This document shows positions 42,101-45,279 of a stretch of 45,279 nucleotides of DNA, in pieces. Every line of letters begins with the position of its first letter. Position 1 is the stretch's first letter. Position numbers and translations under genes: made by a program. The stretch spans positions 1 through 45,279 of the forward strand of contig JAUCBJ010007536.1 in NCBI GenBank assembly GCA_032718475.1. The letters are read 5' to 3'. The notes below the pieces were generated by a model. It was not told the origin of the DNA. It searched no databases and saw nothing but the letters and a program-made list of their open reading frames with translations. Source of the DNA: Nemertoderma westbladi. Lineage: Eukaryota > Animalia > Xenacoelomorpha.

Positions 42101-43806
42101 TCTGTACTACCTAAGTTTGTGTTAGTTAGTTGCCTTCTAACAGCTGGGGGCAAATCAGGCAATTTCTGACGGTGGGATATTCTTCTACGTCTGCTTAGAC
42201 GAGATCTATTTCCTCCGCCTTCAGTATCGGTGGTATCGCCTTCCTCAGATGATGTATAACCTTGTCTTTTGGGAGTAGATCGATTCATCATCTGCATATT
42301 ACTAGCTGTTAACTGTTTATTAAAGTTATCTTGCCTCTCTTGAAGATTTTCCAACTCTAGTTGGGCAGTCTCTTCAGACGCCTTTCGTTCTGCTTCTGCC
42401 ACTGCAGCTGCCAAAGCCGCTTTTCTTTCTGCTTCTGCCACTGCAGCTGCCAAGGCCGCTTTTCTTTCTACCTCTGCCACTGCCGCCTTTCTTTCTGCTT
42501 CTGCCACTGCTGCTGCCACTGCTTTTCTTTCTGCTTCTGCCACTGCAGCTGCCAAGGCCGCTTTTCTTTCTGCCTCTGCCACTGCCGCTTTTCTTTCTGC
42601 TTCTGCCACTGCTGCTGCCGCTGCTGCTATCTTTCTGTCTTCTATACGTTTTTTCTTTACTTGTTCTTCTTGAACCTTAGTGATGCGGATGCTTTCATCA
42701 AATTTAGCTTGGTTCGCAGCTCTCATATCCACATCGATGGCGTCCAACACACGCTGGGCTCCTTCACTATTAGGGCTAAGTCCCTCTAGCCTTCTCCTCA
42801 GCTCTTCATCACCTACAAAACGTTGATAGTCCGACAGATAGATGTCAATAGCATCCCTCTTATGCGGTTTCTCTGCTGTCGCTTCACTCTCCACTTGGGA
42901 AAATGTAGCGTCTGTTGATTCTCCATGGGTTGAGCGCTCATCTAGCTGGGCTTTCCACTGAGCCGTTCCTTGAACCTGGAGACTCACCTTTTGAAACCAA
43001 GTCTTTACAGCAACTTGCAACGACGTGTCTTGTCTTCTTTTAGAAGCCTCCTCAAAGGCTGATAAGATTAGCCTGATTCGTAGAATTCTTTCTCTAACTT
43101 GATAAAGCAGTTGTCCCTGCTCTTGAGGTCCTTGGGGTTGTTGAAACAGTTGTTTTTCTAATCGCTCCATAGAGCTTACGAATCCCCGTACGTATCCGGC
43201 TGCGGACCTCTTCCACACAGCTGGATTGACGGTTTCTTTGGTTACTCCCATCCTGTGTATATCTTCCCAGGCAGCTTCTGATAAATCAAACGGGAGTCCG
43301 GGTCCGGGGAAGTTCCATTGCGACTCGACAATAGACTTCAGTTCTTCCCTTGTATATCCCGCATAACTATCTTTAGTCGATCGCTTACTTCTCGCCCAAT
43401 CGATCTGGTGTTCTTCCACCGCAATCAATAACCTAGTGAGTACGGCTGCAGGAAGGATGAGAAGGGGATCCGAATAAACCGCATCCGTCATCTTTGCTCC
43501 GCGCTCGGGTGTCAGCTCTACAGTATCCTCACTACTGGAGCTGTCGGGCCGTTGAGAAATAAGTTCTTGGCTCGCGGGTTGTTGTTGTTCCGCTGCTTCT
43601 TGGTCCCGCTTGACCTGAGCTCGAGTGCCTATGATAGACCTACGGTGTTGGACCAGCCTAGGTTCTGATATTACTACTGGGGGAATGATCTTTCTTACAG
43701 TAGGAGGTGAGTTGAACTTCGGTCCTACACGTTCCACACTCCTGTCTGGGTCACATATGGTTATATCTAGGAGACTGTCTGACAGGTTTTGCTTTGTGTC
43801 AGACAT
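39142..43806 (-). CDS. BEL/Pao gag-protease with long N-terminal extension (1554 aa, ends at a premature stop)
   Basis: IIKFNGDEMKWLPF...LRFLIECLEG (BEL gag); CYNCLRQGHQQRTC and CAKCGAKNHILLH; protease LLDSSSTGTFI, ILIGQN, RTRVGW. The frame continues past the stop (GRYEIGLPFR). Confidence 0.9.
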   Translation of the reverse strand: MSDTKQNLSDSLLDITICDPDRSVERVGPKFNSPPTVRKIIPPVVISEPRLVQHRRSIIGTRAQVKRDQEAAEQQQPASQELISQRPDSSSSEDTVELTPERGAKMTDAVYSDPLLILPAAVLTRLLIAVEEHQIDWARSKRSTKDSYAGYTREELKSIVESQWNFPGPGLPFDLSEAAWEDIHRMGVTKETVNPAVWKRSAAGYVRGFVSSMERLEKQLFQQPQGPQEQGQLLYQVRERILRIRLILSAFEEASKRRQDTSLQVAVKTWFQKVSLQVQGTAQWKAQLDERSTHGESTDATFSQVESEATAEKPHKRDAIDIYLSDYQRFVGDEELRRRLEGLSPNSEGAQRVLDAIDVDMRAANQAKFDESIRITKVQEEQVKKKRIEDRKIAAAAAAVAEAERKAAVAEAERKAALAAAVAEAERKAVAAAVAEAERKAAVAEVERKAALAAAVAEAERKAALAAAVAEAERKASEETAQLELENLQERQDNFNKQLTASNMQMMNRSTPKRQGYTSSEEGDTTDTEGGGNRSRLSRRRRISHRQKLPDLPPAVRRQLTNTNLGSTEPTDQIIKIERLPTIVDEPEIIRPVLEITPSVIETPVLPEPTFKFPLHSTKLSVPRGTAPETVSVLDSERNIKDISPVVPRLPATTLADPASAVDWVDERRRGMDILLGKMEENRVRSSQQVRELEGTVQQLKGTVKESRLELQEVQQSIALERDKLVNLQKGIPPPPVTMCQPVRSEVSHAQGVEPTRIYTASEVETPIVNPIKGNYRHVDNDIPYRPDHNPRNLYTDTSILNNSMAQESFTGQMARTEARQAVKVGEIIKFNGDEMKWLPFNEYYKDNIQNSVLSNGEKLRFLIECLEGSPKLMALKFIAHPDGLRQVWDTLNIRYGNRNNIAGYLYTKLVAPRKFMSSGIIEFSDEIQEICRQLDWLGKSHEYQSAMVIRAVASTLPKGGVGTRWDKKVLYMMEQQQRDPTMADLMSFLDGEVKLQLIKQSREKTPENKVSEKPVSRRKVTPVCYTDDGESQTSQGEDSGKDTERSYYVNKMPKDQVSKFKSRTNDRREQVRKTPPKSPKRIQVRKPEERTSVQNVTQNKVSNIKPKYALCDGTHRLNMCDEFLKKSLAERREVMWDKRLCYNCLRQGHQQRTCYSDTRCAKCGAKNHILLHTKFERNSPSQVSDSELHVQFSDVNDTDQSEMEGFYTDEFSDENESCYMINTAVYRALTYEKDTDSDLTLTTSDRQPSWKVPSSNVGIREFPVVQVRVHGPKRSYVVNDLLDSSSTGTFIDKELAEDIFAGQSKFRTKLNMSGIMQVWKSTVIADYYVGALSTPQDELGEHSIRSVKMVAIKNFATTQVEPYNWDEDDFTQQLEIPRFNTDYPGVQILIGQNAHEALETLEKRPAQPQPLQAYAGRTRVGWYFTGPSRRTLMERLPKDQVCQVREWEVESSELDDPTEGTPYSSDNDDVHQLFDEENAIDLLKENETWQNQVNLCQLLLPSERDDYNDELNDVIERYNAKTRDEHAIRFFTQEAVEPNSYDKALSVEEERAK
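42380..42630 (-). repeat. Coding minisatellite (AAAVAEAERKA)n in gag
   Basis: Seven AEAERKA/AEVERKA units with variable Ala spacers. Confidence 0.93.
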
Positions 43807-43942
43807 GTTGGTTTGTACAGTTGAATGCCTACTGCTATATTACAGTTTAAGCAAGTCTAGTAATTCAGTATCACTGTTAGCCTAGTAATTAATTACCGAT
43901 ACTGCTACTCAGTGTAGCGTGATATATATATAATATATTAGA

Positions 43943-44194
43943 ATACCGGTATGCTTATAGTATATATATAAGTATTATTACAGACTAGGTTTGTCACAGG
44001 ATACCGGTATGTAATTCCAGCACAAATATATATAAATATATAATAGGCCTATCGTGAATACCGGTATACAGCTTACACTTATAGTGTATATATATAAGTA
44101 TAATTACAGACTAGAATTAATTACAGAATACCGGTATAATTTCAGCCTAAATTTATAGAAATAAATATAATAAGCCTATGGTAAATACCGGTAT
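43943..44194. repeat. Degenerate higher-order tandem repeat containing five ATACCGGTAT palindromes, in the BEL 5' leader
   Basis: Palindrome starts at 43943, 44001, 44058, 44128 and 44185 (spacing 58/57/70/57); intervening segments alternate A-B-A'-B'. Confidence 0.85.
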
Positions 44195-45279
44195 GTCAAT
44201 TATTTTAAATAATTGAATTTCTGAATTTTAAGGGTTACTTGGTTACTTTAACTTACTTTATTACCGTTATTTAAGCAGTAGTCCAACTGACATTGAGACC
44301 TAGTTGTTGTATGGCAGGCCTACTATTTATAAATCGTTTGCATTGATTTATAATATATATATACCCGTTTAATGGGTTTTGTCAATATTTGAAATAAATG
44401 TTATTATTTCTGGGGGAGTCACTACACAGAAGCTATGCGCTCTCAGTGGAGTGCTACTTGTTGGACACTAAAACAAATAATTCTAATTTACCTAAGTTAC
44501 TTAATACTACAAATTACGTACAATTCGGGTTGAGATTACAATCTCTAAATAAACATAAAAAATTACAAGTACGAATTTTTTAGGGTAATTTTACAAGAAG
44601 TCTACAAACCAGCCTAACAAAGGGTTAGAATATCTGGTTATTACAACGGACAGGGTACTACGGTATTTGAAAATAACAAGCAGTAGTAAATATATTGCGT
44701 TGTCCAGATAGAAAAATACCACCGTCTGACGACTTATGGCCGTATCGCTATAAGTACTACGTTATGTATCACGGAGTGTTCCTACCCAGAAGTTAATTAC
44801 CGCGGTCTACCAGAACCAACGTGCCTATTAACCACTTTACAACACAAATATACTGCCTACAAACTAATCACCTTCGGAAAGCACTGTACACTAAACCCTA
44901 AATTAGGTACAAGTACTTGTACAACAAATAATCAGTAGTTAGAAATACTTGTACAGCTAAAAGAACCACGGCATCTGCTGGAGTGACCGGTGCACAAAAT
45001 CGCCAGTCTTTACCTACGCCGAGCAGCCCTGATGTAGTACCGGGGTTAGTTTAACTATAACGGTATGTATAACAAGCACAATTACTGTAGGAATAAACTT
45101 GGGGAATGAATGTTGCGAATAATCGCATAAACTCTGAATAATAAATATTACGCTACGCGTACAGACTACTCAAACAAAATGCAGACCAAATACTGACAGA
45201 CTACTATCAAGCCTAAACAAACTACGGTATATGCAGACTCCGAAATGGTTAGTTAGTATGCGTTCTAACCTAGTAGTAC

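Larger units (their letters stand above)
32270..43806 (-). mobile_element. Second, unrelated BEL/Pao element (decayed; integrase missing; interrupted by a LINE; LTRs not identified)
   Basis: Gag-protease at 39142-43806, continuation at 38753-39141, RT/RNase H at 32270-33539. The pieces are colinear once the LINE is removed. Confidence 0.88.

Noticed and set aside
42361-42789. Cys-rich metallothionein-like ORF (FCFCHCSC repeats)
   Set aside because: It is the antisense reading of the AEAERKA coding repeat in gag.
43943-44194. CRISPR-like array of palindromic repeats
   Set aside because: The repeats are only 10 bp, the spacers are related to one another (A-B-A'-B'), the context is eukaryotic, and there are no cas genes.
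1-45279. Uni-strand (flamenco-like) piRNA cluster
   Set aside because: Elements lie on both strands (BELs, LINE and Tc1 minus; EVE, CRE, Gypsy and piggyBac plus). A dual-strand cluster is still possible but cannot be shown from sequence.

Overview
Eukaryotic (probably invertebrate metazoan; host not identifiable from sequence) transposon graveyard with no recognisable host gene. The standout is an endogenous viral element (EVE) derived from an orthomyxovirus-like (Articulavirales) PB1 RNA-dependent RNA polymerase gene. A full-length BEL/Pao LTR retrotransposon has split it (5-bp TSD CCTAA). Removing the retrotransposon in silico restores one in-frame ~411-aa PB1 ORF with motifs F, A, B and C. 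The EVE+BEL block then lies in a near-identical ~10.1-kb tandem duplication (1-6569 = 10119-16686). Downstream are a full-length CRE-clade non-LTR element carrying Ulp1-protease and SAP domains, piggyBac relics, an integrase-less Gypsy element, a GC-rich decayed coding island of unknown origin, a Tc1-like relic, and a second, decayed BEL/Pao element interrupted by an apparently intact CR1-group LINE. Family assignments rest on motifs recognised by eye; no database searches were run.
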